IMG/VR virus record: IMGVR_UViG_2671180710_000023
Location: 1 to 38,215 of that record
DNA: 38,215 nt
Strand: one strand, 5' to 3'
Source: a virus
Lineage: Duplodnaviria > Heunggongvirae > Uroviricota > Caudoviricetes
Shown here: piece by piece, positions 18,803-27,285 of the stretch
How the letters are laid out: each line of letters opens with the position of its first letter
How positions within the stretch are numbered: the stretch's first letter is position 1
Notes under the pieces: model-generated
The model's input: the letters and a program-made list of their open reading frames with translations, nothing else
Told to the model about the DNA's origin: nothing
Database searches by the model: none
Made by a program: the position numbers and the translations under genes

Positions 18803-20249
18803 AGAGAATGCGGGCCAACCGTTCCTGCAGATCGTCCGTGTTCATCTGAGGGTAGAGCTCCGCCAGTTCGCCCAGCAGCTCAGACGGGTTAACCCCATTT
18901 TCGACCCGCTTAAACAGAGGTGCCAGGACGGGTTCCAGCGTGCCATTTAACACACCTCCGTTCATCAGAATGTCCAGCGCGTCGTCAAGCTGCTGTTGTG
19001 CATCATGATCGGCGCTTATCGCCTCGGCAAATTCCGCAGGCACTGCCCCGTCCGCAACCGGTGCATCAGAGAGGTCAATATCCCCCTCCTGCAGCTGGTA
19101 CTCCCGCATGAAGTACTGCGGGGTCAGGCGCAGTCCCGCGCGGGTGAGTTTTTCGTCGCGGGTGGCGCGGGTGTCATCAATGGTCTCCTGTTCCCACATG
19201 GCCCAGACCGGACACGGCACATCGCCGAAGTTCAGGGTGACCACCGTTCTGATAACCTGATTCACTGCTGCCTGAATGATGTCCGCATCCGCATCGCGGA
19301 TATCAGCCGTTACCTCCAGCCCGGCCTGTGCAGAGGCCTTGTTACTGTTCGCTTCCGTGGTCTGATTCTGACCCAGTAATGCAATGGAGATCTCACTGCG
19401 TGACAGTGTGATCAGCTCGCGGAATACCTCGCTGCTGTCCGCCTTACCATCCGCGGCTTTGAGTTCGATGCTGCTGTCATCGGGGATGGCGGCCACCGCG
19501 TCCTCCACCATCTGCTCCATGGAGTCCAGCAGTTTTTCAATCTCTGCATCATTTGCACCCCTCGGGTGCTTACCGATCACCCACGGGGAGCCAAACTTTT
19601 CGGCAAAGCGGAGCCAGAATTTCATCCCGCCTTTCTTGAAGGCGACCGGCCAGAAGCACATGGACAGGTCCGGGAAACCGTAAGGATTGTCATACGAGGC
19701 ATCCTGTGCCGGCACCACGAATTTTGACGGTGACAGCAGCTCACCCTCCACACCCGCATCACGTGCCCGGAAGCGCAGGCAGTTGTCCGTATCAAACTGA
19801 AACCACTCAGGCGGTTTGCCGACAATATCCGTCACTGCCCACGCCCTGACCGAACGGCCCCACATGATTTCACAGGGCTGATACCCGTAGAGCACGGCAT
19901 CACTCATCTCACCGATGATGCGGGACAGATCCAGATCGTCGAGCATGTCGCGGATGAAACGGAAGACCCGGGCAGAAGCGTGACCGCGCTCCAGTCCACG
20001 CTCCAGTGATTTGAGCGCTGCTTTACGTCTGCGGATACTGCCCCCAACCAGCGGGTCGGTGCGCAGTTCGCGGTAGATACGGATATCCCGTCCCTGAGCC
20101 TTGAGAATGGGATCAGGATTGGGCAGGTACATTCCCAGAGCGTAAAAGTCGATGGCGCGACTGCGGGAGGCAATCTGCGCGGTCAGTGATTTTTTGGGTT
20201 CGGCGAACGCCACGAACTCATCGGGTGAAACCCAGATGCCTTTTGCCAT
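18756..20249 (-). CDS. Portal protein (Mu gp29-like, DUF935-type)
   Basis: 497 aa, immediately downstream of terminase large subunit. Confidence 0.75.
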   Translation of the reverse strand: MAKGIWVSPDEFVAFAEPKKSLTAQIASRSRAIDFYALGMYLPNPDPILKAQGRDIRIYRELRTDPLVGGSIRRRKAALKSLERGLERGHASARVFRFIRDMLDDLDLSRIIGEMSDAVLYGYQPCEIMWGRSVRAWAVTDIVGKPPEWFQFDTDNCLRFRARDAGVEGELLSPSKFVVPAQDASYDNPYGFPDLSMCFWPVAFKKGGMKFWLRFAEKFGSPWVIGKHPRGANDAEIEKLLDSMEQMVEDAVAAIPDDSSIELKAADGKADSSEVFRELITLSRSEISIALLGQNQTTEANSNKASAQAGLEVTADIRDADADIIQAAVNQVIRTVVTLNFGDVPCPVWAMWEQETIDDTRATRDEKLTRAGLRLTPQYFMREYQLQEGDIDLSDAPVADGAVPAEFAEAISADHDAQQQLDDALDILMNGGVLNGTLEPVLAPLFKRVENGVNPSELLGELAELYPQMNTDDLQERLARILFVANIWGRLHERDNG

Positions 20250-21565
20250 CAGAATCCCTCCAGCATGTGGGCGGCTTCACGGCGGCGGCGCGAACGCGCC
20301 ACCACCGGCCCTGACGGTCCGTCAGTGGCGTTAATAGCCAGAAAACAGGCCCATGTACGGTCGGCGTGACCTGCTGCATCACTTTCCGCCACAAAGCGAG
20401 GCGCTCCGGTAGGTCCGGTGATCTTACGGAGTTTATGCAGATCACTGCGCAGTACCACATCTCCCGCCGGAATACGCAGGCGGCGGTCCTCAAACATCTC
20501 CCTGCCACGGATCGCGAGGGTGAGCTTGTTCGGGCTGTTAAATATCACCCCCTCCACACGACTCCTGCCGTGGCGCTCCTGAGCATCTTCCACAGGCTTT
20601 TCTCCCATTCCGGTCTGATCCATACAGCAGCGCAGCACGCGGTAACGGAAAAATACGTCATCCAGCAAAGCATCCTGCTCAGCAAAGGTGGCCCGTTTAC
20701 GGGTGATGATTTCCCGGGTCCAGTAGACATCCCCCACCTGTTCAAGCACCCAGATCACAAACAGGTCATTACGGACAGCAATATCCACCCCCACAAAGCA
20801 GGGGCCACCCGTATAGTGCACCGGCAGTCCGGCAGCATCGTGCTCCACGCCGTCAATCAGTTCAAACGTCAGCCAGGCCGATGCCTCATCCAGCCACTTC
20901 AATTCAAACTCCTGTGCCCAGGCGTCATCATCGCTGAGCGCCTGTCGCATCTGTGCAATGTCACGCGGAAGGCCGTCGCGCACGGCACGGTAAATATCCA
21001 CGATGTGACGTGACCAGACATTTTCAAGGGCGTTGCTGGTCATCAGTTCATAAAACTTGTTTCCCTTGCCGTTCGGCGTCGATGTCACACGCAGTCTGTA
21101 GCCGTTGGAAATGACCGGAAACAGGGCGGTCCAGATTTTGCGACTGTCGGCATGGAAGGCGAACTCATCCAGAAAGACGTTAGCCGCAAACCCACGTGCC
21201 GTGTCGGGATTTGCCGGCAGGGCCGTGATACGGGAGCCACCGGGTAACTCCACCTCAAGCATGGTGTAGCGTTCGCCGCTTTCAGCACGGTAATAACTTT
21301 CCACCTCACGGGCCGCCATCCGGTAGGCGCTGCAGTGTTTTTTCACCCCCTCCACCATGGCTTCTTTTGCCTGACGCTCCCCACGCGATAGGATCACCCA
21401 GCGAGTGCGTCCCCCTGATGCCTCTGTTTCAAAACAGTCATCAACCAGTTCCAGCGTGGTGGTGAACGTCTTGCCCGTCTGGCGGGCAAACATGCCAATC
21501 TTGAAACGGGCACGATCCAGAAACCACGCCTGCTGGTAGGGATACAGCTGAATGGCCGCTGTCAT
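20249..21565 (-). CDS. Terminase large subunit
   Basis: 438 aa; N-terminal ATPase Walker A-like FARQTGKT, C-terminal nuclease-like region. Confidence 0.8.
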   Translation of the reverse strand: MTAAIQLYPYQQAWFLDRARFKIGMFARQTGKTFTTTLELVDDCFETEASGGRTRWVILSRGERQAKEAMVEGVKKHCSAYRMAAREVESYYRAESGERYTMLEVELPGGSRITALPANPDTARGFAANVFLDEFAFHADSRKIWTALFPVISNGYRLRVTSTPNGKGNKFYELMTSNALENVWSRHIVDIYRAVRDGLPRDIAQMRQALSDDDAWAQEFELKWLDEASAWLTFELIDGVEHDAAGLPVHYTGGPCFVGVDIAVRNDLFVIWVLEQVGDVYWTREIITRKRATFAEQDALLDDVFFRYRVLRCCMDQTGMGEKPVEDAQERHGRSRVEGVIFNSPNKLTLAIRGREMFEDRRLRIPAGDVVLRSDLHKLRKITGPTGAPRFVAESDAAGHADRTWACFLAINATDGPSGPVVARSRRRREAAHMLEGF

Positions 21566-22116
21566 GAGATCACCCCGTAAATCTGTTCCCGCACCATCTT
21601 CAGGGTTTCCAGACTCAGGCGGGTGTCGCCGGACTTCGCCTGTTTTTCCAGAGCATTCATCCGCGCCTCAATTTTTGCCAGCACCTCGGCCCGGAATCGC
21701 TTGTGGGTCACCGAAGCCCGTACCAGTGTGGCTATACTTTCCGAAGCAGTGGCCAGCAGTTTTGCGCGTTTTGCAGGATCATCACTTTCCCCGATTTCCT
21801 GCAGACGCATCAGAACATCCAGCATCTCGGTCTGAATCAGTGCCATCATCCCGGCAGAACGATCGTCCGCCTCGTCACCGGCTTCCTGCGCCATCAGACG
21901 TGCGGCCTCGGTGGCGGCGCGGATGCGGGCCAGTTGTCGCTCCATTTTGTAGCCAAACCGCTGCAGGGAAGAGCGGGTGATGACGTATCCCTTCTCCTTC
22001 AGCAGGGCTTCCAGCCGGGCGTAGCCGCTGAAGTTATTCTCCGTCAGGGCACGCTCCAGCCAGCGGCGTACTTCTGTCGGGAGAGAATCAATGCTGCTGC
22101 GACGTCCCATAATCAC
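21562..22116 (-). CDS. Terminase small subunit-like protein (Mu gp27-like)
   Basis: 184 aa, overlaps start of terminase large subunit; N-terminal basic/HTH-like region. Confidence 0.55.
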   Translation of the reverse strand: MIMGRRSSIDSLPTEVRRWLERALTENNFSGYARLEALLKEKGYVITRSSLQRFGYKMERQLARIRAATEAARLMAQEAGDEADDRSAGMMALIQTEMLDVLMRLQEIGESDDPAKRAKLLATASESIATLVRASVTHKRFRAEVLAKIEARMNALEKQAKSGDTRLSLETLKMVREQIYGVIS

Positions 22117-22424
22117 TCACTCCAGTATTTTTCCGGTCGGGCAATACCCGGGCCGCATTCCACGGTGTATTCCACAATATCCACACCAAGGCGACTCAGA
22201 TCGGCAAACCAGTCACCGGAAGGTCTCTTCTCCAGTTCCACCATTTTGCGATCTGCCAGGTAATCAAGCTCACGGCGCAGCTCCAGTTGCGTTGTGTCCG
22301 GGTAGATGGCGCGGGACACTTCCAGCAGCAGCGTCTCGCTGGCGGTGTAAGGGCGGGTTTTGTTCAGGGCAACCAGCAGACTCCAGCGCAGGGATTCGCG
22401 GCGTACCCGGGTAATATCGACCAT
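22113..22424 (-). CDS. Hypothetical late protein (Mu gp26-like position)
   Basis: 103 aa, coupled to neighbours. Confidence 0.4.
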   Translation of the reverse strand: MVDITRVRRESLRWSLLVALNKTRPYTASETLLLEVSRAIYPDTTQLELRRELDYLADRKMVELEKRPSGDWFADLSRLGVDIVEYTVECGPGIARPEKYWSE

Positions 22425-22750
22425 TATTGACCTCCGGTATTGCGGTACTGCTGTACCACTTCCAGTTTGTTGTAAAGTGCGTCCAGTTTGGCCTCGATGA
22501 CTGTCTGGCCACGGATATAATCCTCGCGACGGACATAATTCAGCGGTAAATCCGCTTTAAATCGCATAAATTCCTTTTCCAGCTCGCCCCAGTTGGAGGC
22601 GGACTGTTGCAGGGCCTGTTCAAGGGAGGCGAATCGTGCCGCCTGGCGTTCTTCTGTTTTACTGAACAACCATTTGGCGAGCCCTCCAACAAACCCCATG
22701 AAGGTGAGCAGAAAACTCACCACCGTCCAGAATTCAACCTGCAGTGTCAT
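22424..22750 (-). CDS. Membrane-anchored late protein (Mu gp25-like)
   Basis: 108 aa with N-terminal TM helix (FWTVVSFLLTFMGFVGGLAKWLF) then coiled coil. Confidence 0.45.
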   Translation of the reverse strand: MTLQVEFWTVVSFLLTFMGFVGGLAKWLFSKTEERQAARFASLEQALQQSASNWGELEKEFMRFKADLPLNYVRREDYIRGQTVIEAKLDALYNKLEVVQQYRNTGGQ

Positions 22751-23397
22751 TTCTGTAATCCTTCCCGTTCATCCAGTAGCGCGTTTATCTGGTTCCGCCA
22801 GCGACGACATTGCCCTGCGTTGTCGATGATGTTGGCGAGAACGTCACGCTGGGAGACGCCTGAGTCGCGTAGCCAGGCGTCAGCGGTTTCAGGTTGCCCG
22901 GTCGCTGCGCCAGTGCCGGTGCCAGCGGCGGCAACTGAGTCTGAATGACCGCTGTCGACGGATGCGTTGTCATATCCGAGTGCGGCGTTGTACTGGCGCA
23001 CGAAACCGCGAGTAAACACGCACTCAATGGGATGGCTCTTACCTTTTTCATCAATCCAGCGCTGTGTGACATCGTTAATTTGCCCCTGTAGTTGTTTGTT
23101 CTGACTCTCCAGTTGAGCAATCTGCCCAAGATAACCGGCCTCAGCCCGTTGCCCGGCGGCCACCTGCTCCTGATACCGTCTGGCCCAGGCCCGCAGTGCA
23201 GCGTTCTCAAGCGTTGTCTGCTCTGTTTTGTACGTGTCGAATGCTGACTGCAACTGGCTGAGCGCGATATCACCGTCACGCTTTGCAGAGTCATGACCAC
23301 TTCTGTATCCCATGGCATACAGGCCGACCAGAAAGGCATTGATAAGAATGGCCAGCAGAATGCCGCGCCACGGTAGATTTTTAACCAGATGCCACAC
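22747..23397 (-). CDS. i-spanin (Rz-like)
   Basis: Probable GTG start at 23397 with GGAGG 8 nt upstream; N-terminal TM (WRGILLAILINAFLVGLYAMGY), long coiled-coil periplasmic domain; follows endolysin. Confidence 0.65.
   Translation of the reverse strand: MWHLVKNLPWRGILLAILINAFLVGLYAMGYRSGHDSAKRDGDIALSQLQSAFDTYKTEQTTLENAALRAWARRYQEQVAAGQRAEAGYLGQIAQLESQNKQLQGQINDVTQRWIDEKGKSHPIECVFTRGFVRQYNAALGYDNASVDSGHSDSVAAAGTGTGAATGQPETADAWLRDSGVSQRDVLANIIDNAGQCRRWRNQINALLDEREGLQK
22785..23051 (-). CDS. o-spanin (Rz1-like lipoprotein) embedded in alternate frame of Rz
   Basis: MKKVRAIPLSACLLAVSCAS... signal peptide with lipobox-like AVSC then Pro-rich mature region; wholly inside the Rz gene. Confidence 0.55.
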   Translation of the reverse strand: MKKVRAIPLSACLLAVSCASTTPHSDMTTHPSTAVIQTQLPPLAPALAQRPGNLKPLTPGYATQASPSVTFSPTSSTTQGNVVAGGTR

Positions 23398-24121
23398 AGC
23401 TGCTGCCTCCCCATGTGAGATATCGCGGTGCCAGCTCGTGCAGGATGCGCTGCGGATAATGGCGGTTCTCCCGCCAGCTGGCCGCATTGCGTCCGGCATT
23501 CACCGTGGCGACATGTCCGAACCAGCGGGTGCTGTCCAGACCTTTCTGTGATGCAAGCCGCCTGTCCCGTTGTACCCAGCCCAGACCACCGTTATAGCCC
23601 GACAGTGTCATGGCCATACGCTCGCAGTCACTGGCGGCGCTGACACGCTGCCACAGCCAGCGGTCATAGCTGACCAGCGCCCGGATAGCCCATGCCGGAT
23701 TAAACGGCTCACGACTGCTCAGCATCGGTATCAACTGGCTTATCCAGTCGGCAGTGGCAGGCATGAACTGCGCCAGTCCCTGAGCGCCAGCCGGCGAGAT
23801 CGCATCAGGTCGCCAGCCGCTTTCCTGATGCAGTTGCGCGGCGAAATCGGCCACCGGCGCAGACAGTCCCCATTCAAGCCGGGCATTACGGATCACATCA
23901 TCGCGATACTGCAGCGCAGCCTGCGGAGGTTGTGCTGCGCATGCCTGGCTGAAAAAGCCGCCACACCAGAGCAACATTGCGACAAAGAATACCCATGCCA
24001 TATGAACCAGAAAGGTCCCGGCGCGGACTGACAGGCGTTCGGTTCTGATGAAGACCCGAAAGGCTTCGAAAGCCAGTTTCAGGGACATGCATACAATCCA
24101 GGTGATCTGCGGCCAGTTCAT
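23381..24121 (-). CDS. Endolysin, lytic transglycosylase (SLT-domain) type with N-terminal signal-anchor
   Basis: Hydrophobic N-terminal segment (MAWVFFVAMLLWCGGFF) then HQESGW catalytic-Glu motif region and GAQGLAQFMP typical of SLT domains. Confidence 0.7.
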   Translation of the reverse strand: MNWPQITWIVCMSLKLAFEAFRVFIRTERLSVRAGTFLVHMAWVFFVAMLLWCGGFFSQACAAQPPQAALQYRDDVIRNARLEWGLSAPVADFAAQLHQESGWRPDAISPAGAQGLAQFMPATADWISQLIPMLSSREPFNPAWAIRALVSYDRWLWQRVSAASDCERMAMTLSGYNGGLGWVQRDRRLASQKGLDSTRWFGHVATVNAGRNAASWRENRHYPQRILHELAPRYLTWGGSSCVASG

Positions 24122-24123
24122 GA

Positions 24124-24474
24124 TTAAAGCCCCATCGCAACAGCCAGGCAGACCGCTGCAACAATCAGTGCACGGCGGATTAACGCAGCAGAAAACACCA
24201 GGTGAAGGCCGGTCTGTACCGGGAAACGCCCTTCAGCCATCAGCCTGTCGTCATGTTTCAGGTACTGACCGGGACGGGCTTTGGGGAAGAGCGAACGGTC
24301 AAGCCAGTAACCCAGCACTGCTGCCAGCGTGATGAGTGCCAGCTTGTAGATCACAACAGGCAGCTGCTGTGGTGAGACCAGAGCGATGGTGCCCAGCAAC
24401 AGCACTGAGGTCAGCAGCCAGCCGCTGAGGCGAGGTTTTTTAACAGGGGGAATGAATTTTTTCAGGTTTTTCAT
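24124..24474 (-). CDS. Holin-like membrane protein (first gene of late/lysis transcript)
   Basis: ATG at 24474 with GAGGAG RBS; 2-3 predicted TM helices; immediately upstream of endolysin. Confidence 0.55.
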   Translation of the reverse strand: MKNLKKFIPPVKKPRLSGWLLTSVLLLGTIALVSPQQLPVVIYKLALITLAAVLGYWLDRSLFPKARPGQYLKHDDRLMAEGRFPVQTGLHLVFSAALIRRALIVAAVCLAVAMGL

Positions 24475-24604
24475 GTGTGTCTCCTCGTTTGGTGGAGACA
24501 GCATCACAAATACAGGGCGCAAAGGATTTTAAAGCGCGTTAAGAGAGCCGAGGATACGGGATGTGCAGGATAAACGATGAATTATTCACAGAGGAGAATA
24601 CGAT

Positions 24605-25081
24605 ATGACGCACACACTGAATCCGGTCATCACTGTCACTGTGTCAGGTCCTGTGGGCAGCGGTAAAAGTTACGTACTGGCGCGGATAGAAGAGATGGTG
24701 AAACAGGAACTCGGAAACAGCGTCATTGTCGATGCTGCTGACGTGGAGAATGAGCGCCGTATGAATGGCGAAGATCTGACGACCTGGCAGAAGCCACGGG
24801 GTGGCACAGTGATCAGGCTAGAGGAATACACGGGACAGGGCCTGTTGTCATACGGCGAGGAGCGTATCTGTCGGACGAATGAGCTGCTGGATGTTATATG
24901 CCCCACGGGCCGGCAACCCTGGATACTGCCCGATGCACTGCATGCCACCATTGCGGCACTGATGACAGTTTACGATCAGGAGCTGCTCATGAAGGAGTTA
25001 CGTAAACTCACCGGTCAGCCAACAGAATGTTGTTCGTCTCCGAAGTACGGCAAACAGGAAAACGCCCCGGATAATCCTTAA
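24605..25081 (+). CDS. Small P-loop NTPase / nucleotide-kinase-like protein (accessory gene)
   Basis: Strong RBS (GAGGAG); Walker A GPVGSGKS at residues 15-22 and Walker-B-like VIVDAAD ~20 residues later; orientation opposite to flanking operons. Confidence 0.5.
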   Translation: MTHTLNPVITVTVSGPVGSGKSYVLARIEEMVKQELGNSVIVDAADVENERRMNGEDLTTWQKPRGGTVIRLEEYTGQGLLSYGEERICRTNELLDVICPTGRQPWILPDALHATIAALMTVYDQELLMKELRKLTGQPTECCSSPKYGKQENAPDNP

Positions 25082-25100
25082 GATACCTCCTGAGCAGAAA

Positions 25101-25116
25101 CAGCCCTGAAGGGCTG
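25101..25116 (-). terminator. Possible weak terminator hairpin between convergent genes
   Basis: CAGCCC-TGAA-GGGCTG stem-loop; on the minus strand followed by TTTCTGCT, just after the stop of the 196-aa gene; no clean U-run. Confidence 0.3.
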
Positions 25117-25118
25117 CA

Positions 25119-25709
25119 CTAAAAAAAGAAGTGTATTATTGCCCAAACAGCTATAACGATGATTCCCAGCCCAAGAGCCGATTCTAACTTATCTTTGGCA
25201 GTCATTTTTACTGTTGTAGCGGGCGCAGGTAAGTCTTGCTGCTGTGGATTTTCTGTTAGTTGTTTACGAGAAGAAACATCGCCCCTGTTAGTTTGCTTCA
25301 TGTTGATTACAGATGCGTTATGGGCATTATCAGCAGCAATTGACTGAAGTTTTACAAAAGTTTTTGAATCTGTTTTAGCCAGAAGTAACCTATTTCCCGT
25401 AAACATTGCCTTAAAAGTGATAGTTTTTTTCGTCTTGTCCGCCGCACCAAGCAAACCTCCAATGACCAACCCTGCACCACCAAAGATTAATCCACCAAGC
25501 AAACCTGCGCCTGCCGCCTTACCTATACGGCTTTCCTCTTCACTATCCGCAAGTTCAATCGATAAAAGCTCTTCTTTCAGATTTAATACAATATTTTCAG
25601 GAAAGCCTTGTTTTGGTTTTTTGGCAAACACGATGGTACCGAACCCCATGCTTGCCCACCCTTTAGGAAAACTTCCTGCGATAACCTGAATCCCTGCCAT
25701 GTTCATCAC
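25119..25709 (-). CDS. Glycine-zipper membrane protein (repressor operon, distal gene)
   Basis: AAGGTGA RBS; GKAAGAGLLGGLIFGGAGLVIGGLLGAA glycine-zipper hydrophobic segment plus C-terminal TM (LGLGIIVIAVWAIIHFFF). Confidence 0.55.
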   Translation of the reverse strand: MMNMAGIQVIAGSFPKGWASMGFGTIVFAKKPKQGFPENIVLNLKEELLSIELADSEEESRIGKAAGAGLLGGLIFGGAGLVIGGLLGAADKTKKTITFKAMFTGNRLLLAKTDSKTFVKLQSIAADNAHNASVINMKQTNRGDVSSRKQLTENPQQQDLPAPATTVKMTAKDKLESALGLGIIVIAVWAIIHFFF

Positions 25710-25790
25710 CTTTTACATTAAAATTTCAGAACGCAGCATGATGCCGCCTTTGTCTTTTTTCTGATCCCATGGTAATTCAGCTGTTATTTT

Positions 25791-26777
25791 CTATTTAAGA
25801 ATAAAACGGTACTTACTGTCAGGAGTGCTTTGCTGATCAAGTAGCAGTGAACGACATGGAGCAGTCAAAACCCGAGCATAACTACCATCAGGGCTTATGT
25901 TAATGTAACAAACCTTGCCCTTAACACTATAATTTTCGGGGACGGATGCCTTTGCTGATACAGTAAATTTAAGGGTATGCCAGCCCGTTTTTTGCTTGTA
26001 GCTTGAAACCGAATGGAAATCATCTGAGTACTTATTTAACCCTGGAAACATGCTGCGCAGTGCGGGGATGGAATCTTCTATTATTTTATCGTTGGTTTTA
26101 ATGTTAAAAACGCTGGTTTCAGTAGAAGCTACTGCTTTGGCATTTCCCCATTTACCAGCGAACACAATCATTCCCACGAAAAATATTGCTACAAGAACTA
26201 ACACTCCCCCCAACACTACTACATGAGGCTTCCGGCTTCTGGTTGGTACAGTTGCGACTGATTTTGCACCGCTTTCCGATGGAGGTGATAGAGTTTTACT
26301 CTCATCACGAATATTCAGCAGATCATCAAAATAACCAAACACAGCCTGCAACTGCTCTTTGTCTAGGCCTTTAAGATGGGTTGTACCGAAATGCTTCAGA
26401 CAGTATCTGTCACGGTCAAGACGATACCCAGGGTCAGTAAGCGCCATTATTTTGCTGACCAGAAGATTACAGTCCTTCATATTCTGGATCTGTTGTGCAT
26501 ATCTCTGAAGGATCTCAACCGCACCATGATAATCAGCCGCAGTCATTTCATTAACTGTTTTGGTATTAAGTTTCGTGTGGATCGTCATCCATAGCTCGCG
26601 CTTACTTTCCCCCAGATCAACCAATTCATCCATCAATCTGTGTAAATCGCGTTTTTGCAGCAACGAAATTGGTTGCTGGGCCGAAGGAAGTATGTCAGCA
26701 GAATAGTTATGAATGGTAACATCACCGCTGACAACGTTACCCACATCCCCGTTAACTGTTTGCTTCTCTTTACTCAT
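25791..26777 (-). CDS. Single-pass membrane protein (repressor operon, translationally coupled to repressor)
   Basis: ATGA overlap with repressor stop; ~180-aa cytoplasmic N-domain, TM helix (VVVLGGVLVLVAIFFVGMIVFAG), ~120-aa C-domain; AT-rich codon usage unlike structural genes. Confidence 0.55.
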   Translation of the reverse strand: MSKEKQTVNGDVGNVVSGDVTIHNYSADILPSAQQPISLLQKRDLHRLMDELVDLGESKRELWMTIHTKLNTKTVNEMTAADYHGAVEILQRYAQQIQNMKDCNLLVSKIMALTDPGYRLDRDRYCLKHFGTTHLKGLDKEQLQAVFGYFDDLLNIRDESKTLSPPSESGAKSVATVPTRSRKPHVVVLGGVLVLVAIFFVGMIVFAGKWGNAKAVASTETSVFNIKTNDKIIEDSIPALRSMFPGLNKYSDDFHSVSSYKQKTGWHTLKFTVSAKASVPENYSVKGKVCYINISPDGSYARVLTAPCRSLLLDQQSTPDSKYRFILK

Positions 26778-27235
26778 CTTCTCTTGGTATTTTTGTTCAC
26801 TATTCCACCTGTTCCTATGGTTACGTTACCTTTGATAACATTCCCCAGAACATCTCCATGAATAACCTGTTCCGCCCGTTCTCTGGAGGAGCCAGTAGTC
26901 AAGGCCGACAAAACTGAACCTTTGACCTGTAATGGTGCCTGCCGGTAGTGCTGCAGTAACTCCATTTCATCACGTGATAAAGTTATACCTGATGACTCCC
27001 CGGTAAGAATGAACTGTACATTGGCCCCAATTCTTGCAAAGGCTGCAAGTAACTCACCTCCGGGAACAGCAACCCCTCGTTCATATTTCCCCCACATTTC
27101 TCTTGAAACGCCACAAAGGGCTGCTACTTCAGCCTGCTTGAGTGATAACCGCGAACGCTCAGCTTTGAACCGCGACGCGCAAAGAGAATCAAAATTCACA
27201 TAAACCTCATTGACAATGAGAACTATAGTTCTCAT
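26774..27235 (-). CDS. XRE-family HTH repressor (c-repressor analogue)
   Basis: HTH_3-like LSLKQAEVAALCGVSREMWGKYERGVAVPGGELLAAFARIGANVQFIL; divergent from Ner-like gene across operator-bearing promoter; true start may be GTG near 27199. Confidence 0.7.
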   Translation of the reverse strand: MRTIVLIVNEVYVNFDSLCASRFKAERSRLSLKQAEVAALCGVSREMWGKYERGVAVPGGELLAAFARIGANVQFILTGESSGITLSRDEMELLQHYRQAPLQVKGSVLSALTTGSSRERAEQVIHGDVLGNVIKGNVTIGTGGIVNKNTKRR

Positions 27236-27238
27236 AAT
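27210..27238 (+). promoter_or_regulatory. Early promoter (TTGACA-17-CATAAT) with embedded perfect palindromic operator TGAGAACTATAGTTCTCA (27217-27234)
   Basis: Consensus -35, 17-bp spacer, near-consensus -10 about 45 bp upstream of ner-like ATG; 7-4-7 perfect inverted repeat spans spacer and -10. Confidence 0.6.
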
Positions 27239-27285
27239 CTATCACATATAAAACAAACATCATTGCATCAACAAAGGAGACAACA

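Noticed and set aside
23428-24031. Plus-strand ORFs across the endolysin gene (23428-23643, 23570-24031)
   Set aside because: Antisense to the SLT endolysin with its catalytic motif; Arg/Pro-rich shadow translation.
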